Part shown: piece after piece, positions 25,542-35,147 of the stretch
Position numbering within the stretch: the stretch's first letter is position 1
Layout of the letters: each line of letters starts with the position of its first letter
NCBI GenBank assembly: GCA_036393515.1
Contig: DASWGV010000163.1
Location: forward strand, 17,301 to 81,300
Origin: Gemmatimonadales bacterium
Lineage (GTDB): Bacteria; Gemmatimonadota; Gemmatimonadetes; Gemmatimonadales; GWC2-71-9
Reading direction: 5' to 3'
Length of the DNA: 64,000 nt
The notes under the pieces: model-generated
The model's input: only the letters and a program-made list of their open reading frames with translations
What the model was told of the DNA's origin: nothing
Database searches by the model: none
Program-made: the position numbers and the translations under genes

Positions 25542-26719
25542 CTCCCCTCGGCGGCGGCGGCCGCCCGCAGGATCTCCTCGTCCGTCAGCGCTTCTCGCTG
25601 CCACCTCCGTAACTCCGGGACTAGGGCGATCCCCGCCGCGGTCGCGGGCGCGGCACGGGCGATCGCCAACAGCGTGGCGTTGGGACATAGCACGCCGGGC
25701 TCGAGCCCCAAGGCTGCGGCGCGGCGGGTGCGGGCCTCCTTGAGGCGTCCCAATCGAGCCTCGGTCCGTGGGTCGGGCCGTCCCGGCCCCGACCTGGGTT
25801 GGTCAGGGCGCACAATGTCCATCTGGCCCCCCAACCGAACCGCTTCCAGGAGTTCGACCTCGTAACGGCGCGCGATAGATTGGGGCAATCCCTCCACCCG
25901 GTGCAGGGCGCCGGGCGTGGTGGGGGACGCCCGGGCCACGGCCACCAGCGCTTCGTTGGGCGCCACGCGGAATGGCGGCCGGTCCAGGGCGCGCGCGGTG
26001 GCGTCCCGCCAGTCGTAGACCGCGCGCAGGACAACTTTCCCCCGCGGCGAAAGCGCGCGGGCGCCCGAGAGTTGCAGGTGCGCGAGCTCCCGGTCGGGCG
26101 GCGCCCAGCGAATTCCCTCGATGCGTACGAACTCCTCTTCGGCCCAATGAAGCCGCCCCGCCTCCGCCAGGCGCGCCGCCAGGAGGTCCCGCAGGCGCAG
26201 CAGGTGCTGCGTGTCGGCCGCCGCGTAGGCCACCATCGCCGGGGTCAACGGGCGAGCGGACCAGTCCGCGCGCTGCAGCTTCTTGTCCAGGCGAACGCCG
26301 AAGTGTTTCTCCAGGAGCGCCGACAGGCCGACGCCTGGCTCACCCAGCAACTGCGCCGCGATCCTCGTGTCGAACACCCGCGTGGCACGGAAACCGTAGT
26401 CGCGATCCAGGATTCTGAGGTCGTAGTCGGCGTCGTGGAAGACAACCTCGACCCGCGAATCGGCCAGAATCGTCCCAATCGGCGCCAGGTCGCCGGTTGC
26501 GATCGGATCCACCAGGATCGTTTCGACATCGGAGCTGACCTGGACCAGGAACACACGGTCCGCGTACCGGTGGAAGGACGCCGCCTCGGTATCCATGGCG
26601 ATCCGCCCAGCAGTGGCCAGTCGTGCGGCCGCCCCCGCAAGGTCGCTTGGGTCGGTGATGACCGGAGGGATCAGGGGCGCCAGCATGCGAAGTGTGGCAC
26701 TAACTTCGCTCCTCCGCAC
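25535..26719 (-). CDS. rnd: ribonuclease D
   Basis: DEDDy exonuclease motifs (MDTEAASF, FHDADYDLRIL, YAAADTQHL) plus C-terminal HRDC-like repeats. Confidence 0.85.
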   Translation of the reverse strand: MRRSEVSATLRMLAPLIPPVITDPSDLAGAAARLATAGRIAMDTEAASFHRYADRVFLVQVSSDVETILVDPIATGDLAPIGTILADSRVEVVFHDADYDLRILDRDYGFRATRVFDTRIAAQLLGEPGVGLSALLEKHFGVRLDKKLQRADWSARPLTPAMVAYAAADTQHLLRLRDLLAARLAEAGRLHWAEEEFVRIEGIRWAPPDRELAHLQLSGARALSPRGKVVLRAVYDWRDATARALDRPPFRVAPNEALVAVARASPTTPGALHRVEGLPQSIARRYEVELLEAVRLGGQMDIVRPDQPRSGPGRPDPRTEARLGRLKEARTRRAAALGLEPGVLCPNATLLAIARAAPATAAGIALVPELRRWQREALTDEEILRAAAAAEGSQ

Positions 26720-26811
26720 CGGCGTCCGCCACCACCCGCCCCGTTCGCGTTGAAGCGGACCGGGCTTCGGGGTATCCTCTCACGCATCACATCCGCTTCC
26801 GGAGCCGAACC

Positions 26812-29800
26812 ATGAGCCCCATTCCCCGAGCTGGCGCCATCGCCGCCGTGTTCGCCATGACGATCCCGGGTTCGGCCGTCCGGGGTCAAGACGCTCCTCT
26901 CACCGGCGATCTGCTGCGCCACTTGCGGTTCCGGTCCATTGGGCCGGCCGTCACCGGCGGTCGGATTCACGATATCGAGGTTGTTCCCCAAGACCCTTCC
27001 ACGATGTACGTCGCGAGCGCCTCGGGCGGGCTGTGGAAAACCGTGAACCACGGGACTACGTGGACGGCGATCTTCGATGACCAGCCCGTTAGCACCTTCG
27101 GGGACCTCGCGCTCGCGCCCTCGAATGCGGACGTGATCTGGGCCGGGACGGGCGAGCAGAACAACCGGCAGAGCACCTCATGGGGGAACGGCGTCTATCG
27201 CTCGTTGGACGGTGGAGCCAGTTGGGTCCATCTCGGGCTGGACGAAACTCGGCATATCGGACGTGTGGTAGTGCACCCCACGAACCCGGACGTGGCCTAC
27301 GTGGCCGCGCTGGGGAATTTGTGGAAGCCCAGTACCGAGCGCGGCGTCTTCAAGACGTCTGACGGCGGCCGCACCTGGAGCAAGGTGCTTTATCTGGACA
27401 CGCTGACCGGCGTGGTGGACCTGGTGATGGACCCCGGGGATCCGAACACGCTGGTGGCGGCGTCCTACCAGCGCCTGCGGCGAGCCTGGGGCTTCAACGG
27501 CGGCGGTCCTGGCAGCGGAATCCACAAGACCACCGACGGCGGCCGCACCTGGCGGCGAATTCGCAATGGCCTTCCCGCCGGGGATGTCGGCCGGATCGGG
27601 CTGGCCATTTCGGCCACCAACCGGCAGGTACTGAACGCCACCATCGAGCATCGAGGGGAGGGCGGGACCTATCGGAGCACCGACGGGGGTGAGAGTTGGC
27701 GCAGGGTGACCAACCTGAATCCTCGGCCCATGTACTACAGCCACATCTGGATCGATCCCCGCGACGAGAATCGGGTCTACGTGCTCGGTACGCAGTCGTA
27801 CGTCAGCGAGGATGGCGGCACCACCTTCCGCGCGCTGCCCACTGCCCCGACGTACGACGTCGGGGTCCACGCGGACCACCACGCTCTGTGGATCGACCCG
27901 AATGACACCAGGCACTTCCTGCTGGGCGGCGACGGCGGGCTGTACGAGACCTGGGATCGGGGGATCACCTATACCAAGATCAACAACTTCGCCATCGCGC
28001 AGTTTTATGATGTCGGGCTCGATATGCGCGAACCCTATTTCGTCTATGGCGGGCTCCAGGACAACCATTCGTGGATGGGGCCCAGCGCCACGCGGCACTG
28101 GGAAGGAATTATCAACGACGACTGGCGGCAGATCGGTTTTGGAGACGGCATGTACCATCAACCAGATCCCTCGAGCCACCGCTACGTCTACAGTAACTCG
28201 AACGACGGTGGATTCACCCGGGTGGATGCGGAGACCGGGGACATCCTCGACATCGCGCCGGCGGCGCCGGCGGGCGAGCCTGAATACCGCTGGGAGTGGA
28301 ACTCGCCCACGTTGGTCTCGCGTCATGACCCCGCCGTAGTGTACGCGGGCGGCAACCGACTGTTCATCTCCCGCGACCGCGGGCTGAGCTGGGAGCGCAC
28401 GGAGGATCTGACCCGCCGCATTGACCGAGACACGCTCACGCTGATGGGCGTGCTGGGCTCGCAGATCACGTTGTCGCGGTACGACGGCGAGTCCTCGTTC
28501 GGTGCCATCTCTACCATTGCGGAGTCTCCGCTGGACCGCGCCGTTCTCTGGGTGGGCACGGATGACGGCCACGTTCAGGTTTCCCGTGATGGCGGGCGGG
28601 CGTGGACGGAGGTCGCACGGAACATCCGTGGAGGGCCGAGCGGAGCCTTCGTCAGCCGCGTGGTGGCGTCGCGGTCCGGTCCTGGCGCCGCGTACGTCAC
28701 GCTCGACGCGCACCGGGACGGCGATTTCGCACCGTACGTGGTCTACACGGCCGACTTCGGCCGCACGTGGACTCCGCGCGCGGGGGGCCTTCCTTCCGGC
28801 TCCGTCAACGTCATCGCCGAGCATCATGCCAACCCCCGGCTCCTCTTCCTTGGCACAGAGCACGCCGTCTTCGCCTCGCACGACGCGGGCGCCACGTGGG
28901 CGCGGTTCATGCCGAACCTGCCCACCACACTGTTCGACGACATCGAGATCCATCCGCGAGACAACGACCTCGTCTTGGGAACTCATGGGCGCAGCATCTG
29001 GGTCCTCGACGATCTCACGCCGCTGGTGGAGTGGTCGCCGGTGGTGGCCGGTCAGCCGGCGCACCTGTTCGCGATCCGTCCCGCCACAATCTTCCACTTC
29101 TGGAAGGACCAGTCGTATCGGGGTCAGGGCGCGTATGCGGGGGAAAACCCGCCGTTCGGCGCGATCCTCCACTATCACCTCGCGGGGGAGGTGGAGCGGG
29201 CCGTCCTCACGGTGGAGGACGGGAGTGGGCGTCTCATCCGCCGGCTGGAGGGCTCGGGCATGCCGGGCGTCATTCACCGGATGACCTGGGACCTGCGTCA
29301 CGAGCCGCCACCAACGGCGGCGAGCGGAGGTGCCGCGGAAGGCCCACAGGCCCTCCCGCGCCTGGCACAGCCGGTGGGCCTTCGGGGTCCGCTGGTCTCG
29401 CCCGGCGCCTACACCGTCGCGTTACACGCCGGCTCTGCGACCATGCGCCAAACCGTCACCGTCAAGGGCGATCCGCTCATGCCGGTGACCCATGCCCAGT
29501 ACCGGGAGCGGGAGGCGTTTCTGGTGGATGTATTGGCGCTGCAGCGGCGTGTGTGGGACGTGGCCCAGCGGGCCGGGGTCCGGCTGCAGGGCGGCTTTGG
29601 ACCGTCACCCGTGCCTGCGCCGGGAGATTCCCTGGCCGCTGCACGGGCCAACCTGACAACCGCGTTCCGGGGGCTGAACGGCCTTGCTTCAGAGTTGAAC
29701 GGTGGCGGCGTGCGCCAGGGGACGCTGTATCCGCCGACCGCAACCCAGAAACGGCGCAAGCAGGAGCTGGAAAACGCGCTGAACCTGGCGATTTCGGCCT

Positions 29801-29823
29801 TGGAGCGGTTGGGCGGTCGGTAA
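26812..29823 (+). CDS. secreted BNR/Asp-box repeat protein (sortilin/VPS10-like beta-propeller)
   Basis: 1003 aa with a signal peptide and repeated SxDxGxTW boxes (SLDGGASW, TSDGGRTW, TTDGGRTW, STDGGESW, SEDGGTTF, SRDGGRAW, SHDAGATW). Confidence 0.8.
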   Translation: MSPIPRAGAIAAVFAMTIPGSAVRGQDAPLTGDLLRHLRFRSIGPAVTGGRIHDIEVVPQDPSTMYVASASGGLWKTVNHGTTWTAIFDDQPVSTFGDLALAPSNADVIWAGTGEQNNRQSTSWGNGVYRSLDGGASWVHLGLDETRHIGRVVVHPTNPDVAYVAALGNLWKPSTERGVFKTSDGGRTWSKVLYLDTLTGVVDLVMDPGDPNTLVAASYQRLRRAWGFNGGGPGSGIHKTTDGGRTWRRIRNGLPAGDVGRIGLAISATNRQVLNATIEHRGEGGTYRSTDGGESWRRVTNLNPRPMYYSHIWIDPRDENRVYVLGTQSYVSEDGGTTFRALPTAPTYDVGVHADHHALWIDPNDTRHFLLGGDGGLYETWDRGITYTKINNFAIAQFYDVGLDMREPYFVYGGLQDNHSWMGPSATRHWEGIINDDWRQIGFGDGMYHQPDPSSHRYVYSNSNDGGFTRVDAETGDILDIAPAAPAGEPEYRWEWNSPTLVSRHDPAVVYAGGNRLFISRDRGLSWERTEDLTRRIDRDTLTLMGVLGSQITLSRYDGESSFGAISTIAESPLDRAVLWVGTDDGHVQVSRDGGRAWTEVARNIRGGPSGAFVSRVVASRSGPGAAYVTLDAHRDGDFAPYVVYTADFGRTWTPRAGGLPSGSVNVIAEHHANPRLLFLGTEHAVFASHDAGATWARFMPNLPTTLFDDIEIHPRDNDLVLGTHGRSIWVLDDLTPLVEWSPVVAGQPAHLFAIRPATIFHFWKDQSYRGQGAYAGENPPFGAILHYHLAGEVERAVLTVEDGSGRLIRRLEGSGMPGVIHRMTWDLRHEPPPTAASGGAAEGPQALPRLAQPVGLRGPLVSPGAYTVALHAGSATMRQTVTVKGDPLMPVTHAQYREREAFLVDVLALQRRVWDVAQRAGVRLQGGFGPSPVPAPGDSLAAARANLTTAFRGLNGLASELNGGGVRQGTLYPPTATQKRRKQELENALNLAISALERLGGR

Positions 29824-29843
29824 GATGGGAGGTGTCCCGAAGT

Positions 29844-29866
29844 CCCCGCTCGGTTGTGGAGCGGGG
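29844..29866. terminator. GC-rich hairpin between convergent genes (possible bidirectional terminator)
   Basis: CCCCGCTC (29844-29851), a 7-nt loop, then GAGCGGGG (29859-29866). No adjoining T-run. Confidence 0.35.
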
Positions 29867-29880
29867 AAGCGGGGGTCAGG

Positions 29881-32142
29881 TCAGAACGCCAGCAGTCGCG
29901 TCACTTTCGCCGTAATCAGGCGGTCCAACACCCTACCGTCCGCCATCCCGCGCCGTTCCGTATAGACGAAGAACAGATCCGAGAGGGGCGCGTGGATGTA
30001 GTTGAGCCGCAGGTTCACGGATACCTCGTCAACGGCGGTGCTGTATTGCACCAGCGCGCTCGCGAAGAAGCGCGTGGTGTGGGCGTAGCGGAACCGGGCC
30101 CGGAATACATCGGCGTTGAACGATGTCGAAGGCAATCGCACGTCGTTCCGCTCAGCGGAGGCGTCGAGCGAGAAATGGTGGTTCGGCCGCCACCGTGCGT
30201 TGGCCCGGGCCGATCGCTTGGTCCCGTCGTAGAAGCTGCCGTAGCTGCCCCGCGCGCCGAGAGAGAACGGCCGGCCCTGGTCTGATTGAAATCCGGCGCT
30301 TGCGTCGCGAAACCGGTATTCGCCCGGTTGCACGGTTGCGGCAGACCCGGGCACGCGGAAGGGGTCGGTAAGCCGCTCGTATGTGTCCCGGAGTCCCACG
30401 TCGGCCTGCGCCCCGGTGAGAAACTCGGCTTCGAGCCCGGCGGACAGCTCGCGCGTTTCCAGCACGCCGTCGAGGTCCGTGATGAAGTTGCCCTCGACGA
30501 AGGGATTTAGTTCCTGGAGCGACGCGAACCGCGGCTGTGGGTGGGCGCCGAGCGTCGCATAGGTCTGGCGCACCCCCCTTCTCCGGATAAAGCCAACCCC
30601 TGGATCGAACCCTTCACCCACGTGCTTGATGAACCCCGAGAGGTTGAGCGTGCGGTCGCGCCAGGCAAGCAGCACGTTGCCGACCTTGTTGTCGCCGGTG
30701 GCGGCTTCCTGATCCGTCGCCCCGCCGTAGGCGTTCACCAGCAGGTGGTCGAACAGGCGCAAGGACAGGTCCGCCCCATAGCTGCGGTTGAACCCGGGGC
30801 TGGAAGGTCCCGTGGTCTCTCGATTGATGAAAATGGCACCCATGCGGGCCGGCCCCACATCGGTCTTCACACGGGCCACGCCGAAGTTCTCTGCCGCAGC
30901 GCCGGAATCGGCCCGGGTCTGCATGTTGATCAGGCCCAGGTCCAGCGGGCCGACTGTGCCGGTGAGTCGACCGCCTCCGAACATGGGTGCGGGCTGCCCC
31001 GAGGCGAGTAGACCGATGCGGCGCGAATAGAAGAGGCTGAAGTCGCGGGGCGAAGAGCCCAGACGGTAATTCTGGATGGACACGTCGCCGAAGGCGAAGA
31101 CGCCCGCGTTCTCCATGAAGAAGTCGCGCTTTTCCGGAAAGAACGTCGAGAATCTGGTGAGGTTCACCTGCTCTTCATCGACCTCGACCTGAGAGAAATC
31201 CGTTCGGTAGGTGAGATCCATGGTCATGCGCGACGACACGCCCCATTTGACGTCCACGCCACCATCGGCGCTGGTCCCGTGTTGGTCCGGCGGGCGCAAC
31301 TCCCCCGCGCCCTTGGAGGCGAGGGCGAACGGCTTGAGCGAAAGGTTGCGGCCTTGCCGCAGACCGGTGAGCCCCTGAATCGTGCCCGCCAGAGACATGG
31401 TGTGAATGCGATGATAGCGGTGCATCGGGGCCCAGTAGGCTTCCTCGTTGCGGCGCCGCACGCGCCGGAGGAAGTTAATGCCCCAGGATTGGTCGCCCGG
31501 CGAGCTCTGGAAACGGAGTGTGGTCAGGGGGATAGCGAACTCTGCCGTCCAGCCTGAATCGTGCACCGCCGTCTTCACCCGCACCACGCCCTCCCATGCC
31601 CGGTTGACCAGGCGACTGTCGTCGAAGGCCTGTGCGTCGAACAGCGCGCCGGACGGGTTGGTCGCGAACATGAACGCGTTCCGGCGATCGAGGTACGTGT
31701 CCAGGGAGATACCAAACACGTCGCTGTTCTGCGTGTCAAAGTCCTGGTCAAAGCCCGCCGAGAAGATCTTACGGGGATCGGAGTCGTAGCAGATCGCGCC
31801 AACGTAGATGTACGCGGAATCGTACAGCACGCGCACCACCGTGCGCTCGGAGGCGGGCGCGCCTGCGCGGGGCTGGGACTGGAGGAATCCCGAAAGTAGC
31901 TCGGCCGTGCGCCAGCTCGGCTCGTCCAGGCGGCCGTCCACCAGCAGACGCTCCGAGGTCCGGACCGCCACCGTATTTGGCCGGGGGATGGCCTCGGGAT
32001 TTGGCGGTCGGGCTTCCGGCTCCGCGGACCGCGGTAACTCCAGCCCGGTCTGGGCCAGGAGGGCGCGTGGGCCCGCGGCGGCCACGGCGACGGCCATCGC
32101 CGTGCCCACCCCGATGGCCCGACCAGCCAGCGTCTTCACCAC
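29881..32142 (-). CDS. DUF5916 / carbohydrate-binding-family-9-like outer-membrane protein
   Basis: 753 aa with a signal peptide ending ALLAQ, an N-terminal CBM9-like region and a long beta-rich C-terminus ending ...RLLAF (aromatic terminus). Family assignment is from memory. Confidence 0.6.
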   Translation of the reverse strand: MVKTLAGRAIGVGTAMAVAVAAAGPRALLAQTGLELPRSAEPEARPPNPEAIPRPNTVAVRTSERLLVDGRLDEPSWRTAELLSGFLQSQPRAGAPASERTVVRVLYDSAYIYVGAICYDSDPRKIFSAGFDQDFDTQNSDVFGISLDTYLDRRNAFMFATNPSGALFDAQAFDDSRLVNRAWEGVVRVKTAVHDSGWTAEFAIPLTTLRFQSSPGDQSWGINFLRRVRRRNEEAYWAPMHRYHRIHTMSLAGTIQGLTGLRQGRNLSLKPFALASKGAGELRPPDQHGTSADGGVDVKWGVSSRMTMDLTYRTDFSQVEVDEEQVNLTRFSTFFPEKRDFFMENAGVFAFGDVSIQNYRLGSSPRDFSLFYSRRIGLLASGQPAPMFGGGRLTGTVGPLDLGLINMQTRADSGAAAENFGVARVKTDVGPARMGAIFINRETTGPSSPGFNRSYGADLSLRLFDHLLVNAYGGATDQEAATGDNKVGNVLLAWRDRTLNLSGFIKHVGEGFDPGVGFIRRRGVRQTYATLGAHPQPRFASLQELNPFVEGNFITDLDGVLETRELSAGLEAEFLTGAQADVGLRDTYERLTDPFRVPGSAATVQPGEYRFRDASAGFQSDQGRPFSLGARGSYGSFYDGTKRSARANARWRPNHHFSLDASAERNDVRLPSTSFNADVFRARFRYAHTTRFFASALVQYSTAVDEVSVNLRLNYIHAPLSDLFFVYTERRGMADGRVLDRLITAKVTRLLAF

Positions 32143-32195
32143 CGTGAAGGTAACGGCGCGCGATGGTCCGTCATCGGCGTGGCTATGTCTGGCCC

Positions 32196-33839
32196 CTACT
32201 CCTCCGGCCGGTTGAGGACGCGACCGTGTTTCCCGGCCGTCACCCGACCCTGGTCCAGGGCGAGGCTTCCATTTACCAGGACGTATGCCATGCCCTCCGC
32301 CAACTGGTGGGGCTGTTCGTAGGTCGCAGTGTCCCGGAGACGAGCGAGGTCAAACACCACGAGGTCAGCCGCTGCGCCTTCCTGCAATACGCCACGATCC
32401 CCCATACGAAAAACGGTGGCCGGCAACCCCGTCATGCTGCGGACCGCGAAGGCCAGGTCAACCACCGCACGGTCGATCACGTAGCGACGAACCTTCCGCG
32501 GGAAGGTGCCGTTCCCGCGCGGATGCGGAACGCCCTCGCCCATCCGCACCAGGTCGCCGTCCGACGCCGTCATGGTCCACGGCTGCCGCATCAGCATCTC
32601 GATGTCACTCTCGATCATGTTGAAGGAGGCGATCGAAGCCCCCCCAGCGGCGAGCAGGTCGAGCGCCAAATCCACCGGCTCCATGCCACGCTCGCGTGCC
32701 ACGTCTGCCAGCGTGCGTCCCTCAATGGAGGGATCGGCTCGATGCCGCCGAACCTGGAGCCGCGCCGCGCCGCCCCGGCGGTCCAGGTTTTCCAGCATCT
32801 CGGCCCGCAGGCGTGCCCGCTCGGCCGGCGTGCGCAGGCGCCGTGCCAGGGCCGTGTCCCCTCCCACCTCGGCCCAGCGGGGCACCAGGGCCCCCGTGAT
32901 GCTCGTGCCCGAGGCCTCATACGGGTATTGATCCGCCCAGACTTCCACCCCCTGCGCTCTGGCCCGGTCAATCCGATTCACCAGGGCAGCGGAGAAGCCC
33001 CACACTCGTGGTCCCAGCGCCTTGATATGCGTGACCACACCCGGCAGCTTGGCCTCGCGCGCCACCCGGATGACTTCATCAACCGCCGCGACCAAGCCGA
33101 TGGTATAGTCGGCTTCGTCGCGAATGTGACTGGTGTAGCTGCCCCGGAACTCCGCGGCAACCTTCGCCAGCTCCACCAGTTCATCGGTGCTCGAGAAGCT
33201 CCCCGGGGCATAGAACGGTCCGGACGACAAGCCGAAGGCGCCGGCCTCCATTCCGGCTCTTACCAGTTGCCGCATGCGACTCAATTCGTCCGCGTTGGGG
33301 GCCCGGTCCCGCATCCCCAGAACCGCAGACCGCACGGAGCCATGCGGCACCAGCTGCGCCACGTTGACCCCCAACCCGTCCTTGAGCAAGGCGGCGCGCT
33401 GCGCCACCAGATCCACCGGTCCGCCACCGTCGGGGTTTACGAACACGGTGGTCACCCCTTGTACCACTAGCTGCTCGGCGCCGCTCAGTTCCGGCGTGGC
33501 CAATGCCGGCCCCGCGTGAGAGTGGGCATCGATGAAGCCGGGTGCGACGTACAGCCCCGTCGCGTCGATCACTCGGGTGGCCGTCGCCCCGTTTAGGTTC
33601 CCGACCGCGGCAATCCGATCGCCGCGTACGGCCACATCCCCGCGGTACCAGGGGTTACCGGTGCCGTCCAAGACGCGGCCATTGCGGATCAGGACGTCGT
33701 AGGGTGCCTGGGCCTCCGCCGCGGGGTGAGAAAGGAGGAGAGCCAGCCAAGGCAGGTAAAGCAGTGCCCAGATTCTCCCGCCTTTCACTCCTCGTCTGAC
33801 TTCCTCCGTACTGGATGGTCGTTGGTGCATCGGAATCAC
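32196..33839 (-). CDS. N-acyl-D-amino-acid deacylase (D-aminoacylase) family amidohydrolase
   Basis: Signal peptide, then YDVLIRNGRVLDGTGNPWYRGDVAVRGDRIAAVG and GFIDAHSH. Confidence 0.8.
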   Translation of the reverse strand: MIPMHQRPSSTEEVRRGVKGGRIWALLYLPWLALLLSHPAAEAQAPYDVLIRNGRVLDGTGNPWYRGDVAVRGDRIAAVGNLNGATATRVIDATGLYVAPGFIDAHSHAGPALATPELSGAEQLVVQGVTTVFVNPDGGGPVDLVAQRAALLKDGLGVNVAQLVPHGSVRSAVLGMRDRAPNADELSRMRQLVRAGMEAGAFGLSSGPFYAPGSFSSTDELVELAKVAAEFRGSYTSHIRDEADYTIGLVAAVDEVIRVAREAKLPGVVTHIKALGPRVWGFSAALVNRIDRARAQGVEVWADQYPYEASGTSITGALVPRWAEVGGDTALARRLRTPAERARLRAEMLENLDRRGGAARLQVRRHRADPSIEGRTLADVARERGMEPVDLALDLLAAGGASIASFNMIESDIEMLMRQPWTMTASDGDLVRMGEGVPHPRGNGTFPRKVRRYVIDRAVVDLAFAVRSMTGLPATVFRMGDRGVLQEGAAADLVVFDLARLRDTATYEQPHQLAEGMAYVLVNGSLALDQGRVTAGKHGRVLNRPEE

Positions 33840-34888
33840 CTCACCGGCTGGTCCGGCCGCAACCGCTGGCCAATGAACCGCCAGATCTCCGTCCGGGAAT
33901 CACGTGCGAGCCTGGTATCCAGGCGATTGAAAATGTGCCCGCCCGGGGCATCCTGATAAACCTTGTACTCGAAGCCGGTCTTGCCGGCGGCCTGGAGCGC
34001 TTGAATCAGGCGTTCCACCTCCAGCACGTTCACGTCCTCGTCATTGGTGTTGGTGTGAATCAGCAAGGGTGTGCCGCGGTACTTGTGAACGTTCCACGAG
34101 GGCGAACGGCGGCGGTACTCTTCAACGTCTTCGAATGCATCCTTGCCGATGTGGTAGTTCGCCGAGAAGAGGTCGCGATAGCCTTGCGTCTTATAGCCCA
34201 TTCGGGCAATGAGGTCGCTCACCGGAACGCCAGCGTAGGCCACCGCATACGCGTCGGGGTGCTCAAAGACGTTCATGAGCGCATGCAGGCCGCCGTGGCT
34301 CCACCCCACGATGCCCACCCGGGCGGGATCAAGAAAGTCGTAGGTCTCCAGCATGAAAGTGCGAGCGGCGTACGTGTCTTCGACTTCGAGGCCGCCGTAG
34401 TCGATGTTCTCGTAGAACCCGCGCCCGTAGCCGGTGCTGCCGCGGTACTCCGGAGCCACCACGGTGTAGCCCTGATCCAATAGCTCGCCCAGCACGTGAG
34501 CGTAGCCCATGTTGAAATTACTATGCACCCCGTCGTGCGGCAGCACGATGAGCGGCTGCTTCCGGCTCCGGTCCAGTCGCTTGGGGATGAACACGTAGGC
34601 GGGAATACGCAGCGGATTCCCGGCTCCCTGGGCCGTGGGATTCGGCTCGCGGCGCCGTGGCGGTCCCGTGAAGCTCACTACGTCCATATCGGCGATATCG
34701 GAGAATCGTTGAAAGAACATCAAGTCGTCCAGACGACGATTCAGCACGTCCACCTGGTGTCGCATGCTCTCCATGTGAGCCTGGATCAGGCGTTCCAATC
34801 GCGCCGTTGAGGGTACGTCCTGAGCACTCCCGGTGCTCCAAGAGCACATGATGATCGCGCCAGTCAGGAGGGTTCTTACGAATGTCAT
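33836..34888 (-). CDS. S9 / alpha-beta-hydrolase family peptidase
   Basis: GWSHGG nucleophile elbow and PLLIHTNTNDEDV. ATG 34888 is preceded by AAGGA and yields a signal peptide MTFVRTLLTGAIIMCSWSTGSAQD; ATG 34906 and 34960 are alternatives. The stop overlaps the D-aminoacylase start by 4 nt. Confidence 0.75.
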   Translation of the reverse strand: MTFVRTLLTGAIIMCSWSTGSAQDVPSTARLERLIQAHMESMRHQVDVLNRRLDDLMFFQRFSDIADMDVVSFTGPPRRREPNPTAQGAGNPLRIPAYVFIPKRLDRSRKQPLIVLPHDGVHSNFNMGYAHVLGELLDQGYTVVAPEYRGSTGYGRGFYENIDYGGLEVEDTYAARTFMLETYDFLDPARVGIVGWSHGGLHALMNVFEHPDAYAVAYAGVPVSDLIARMGYKTQGYRDLFSANYHIGKDAFEDVEEYRRRSPSWNVHKYRGTPLLIHTNTNDEDVNVLEVERLIQALQAAGKTGFEYKVYQDAPGGHIFNRLDTRLARDSRTEIWRFIGQRLRPDQPVR

Positions 34889-35147
34889 TGGTGCGTCCTT
34901 TTCCATCTCTCGGTGATTGTCAACACGCTGTCCAGACAGTCGGTCGATTCTCGACACCATACCAAGGAGTTACGCGCCAGTATTATGGCATATATAGGAC
35001 ACCACAGGTCTGCCTATGCTAAGCGCACCCGCCTGCCCACGCGGCCGCCACCTTATCGGCTCTCCACAGGATTAGGGCTCACGAAGTTGGTGGGCCTGCG
35101 GGTCGAAAGCTACCTTTCGCGCTGACTCGAGCCAGCGACAAGCCTCA

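Noticed and set aside
27178-29301. A 707-aa ORF antisense to the BNR/sortilin-like gene. Similar long antisense or out-of-frame ORFs occur at 1062-2396, 2740-4176, 32163-33470, 38210-39436, 43225-44133, 44477-45496 and 62003-63064.
   Set aside because: Their compositions are Arg/Pro/Gly/His-rich with no motifs. Each lies opposite, or out of frame with, a gene that has clear conserved motifs. Long stop-free alternative frames are expected at this GC content.
34913-35125. A 70-aa ORF in the AT-richer divergent spacer between the S9 peptidase and the thioesterase fusion. I also looked here for a riboswitch or sRNA.
   Set aside because: The ORF has poor codon bias and no RBS. Only a short hairpin (CGAAAG-CTAC-CTTTCG, about 35104-35119) is visible, and I could match no known riboswitch signature. 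Most likely this is promoter DNA.
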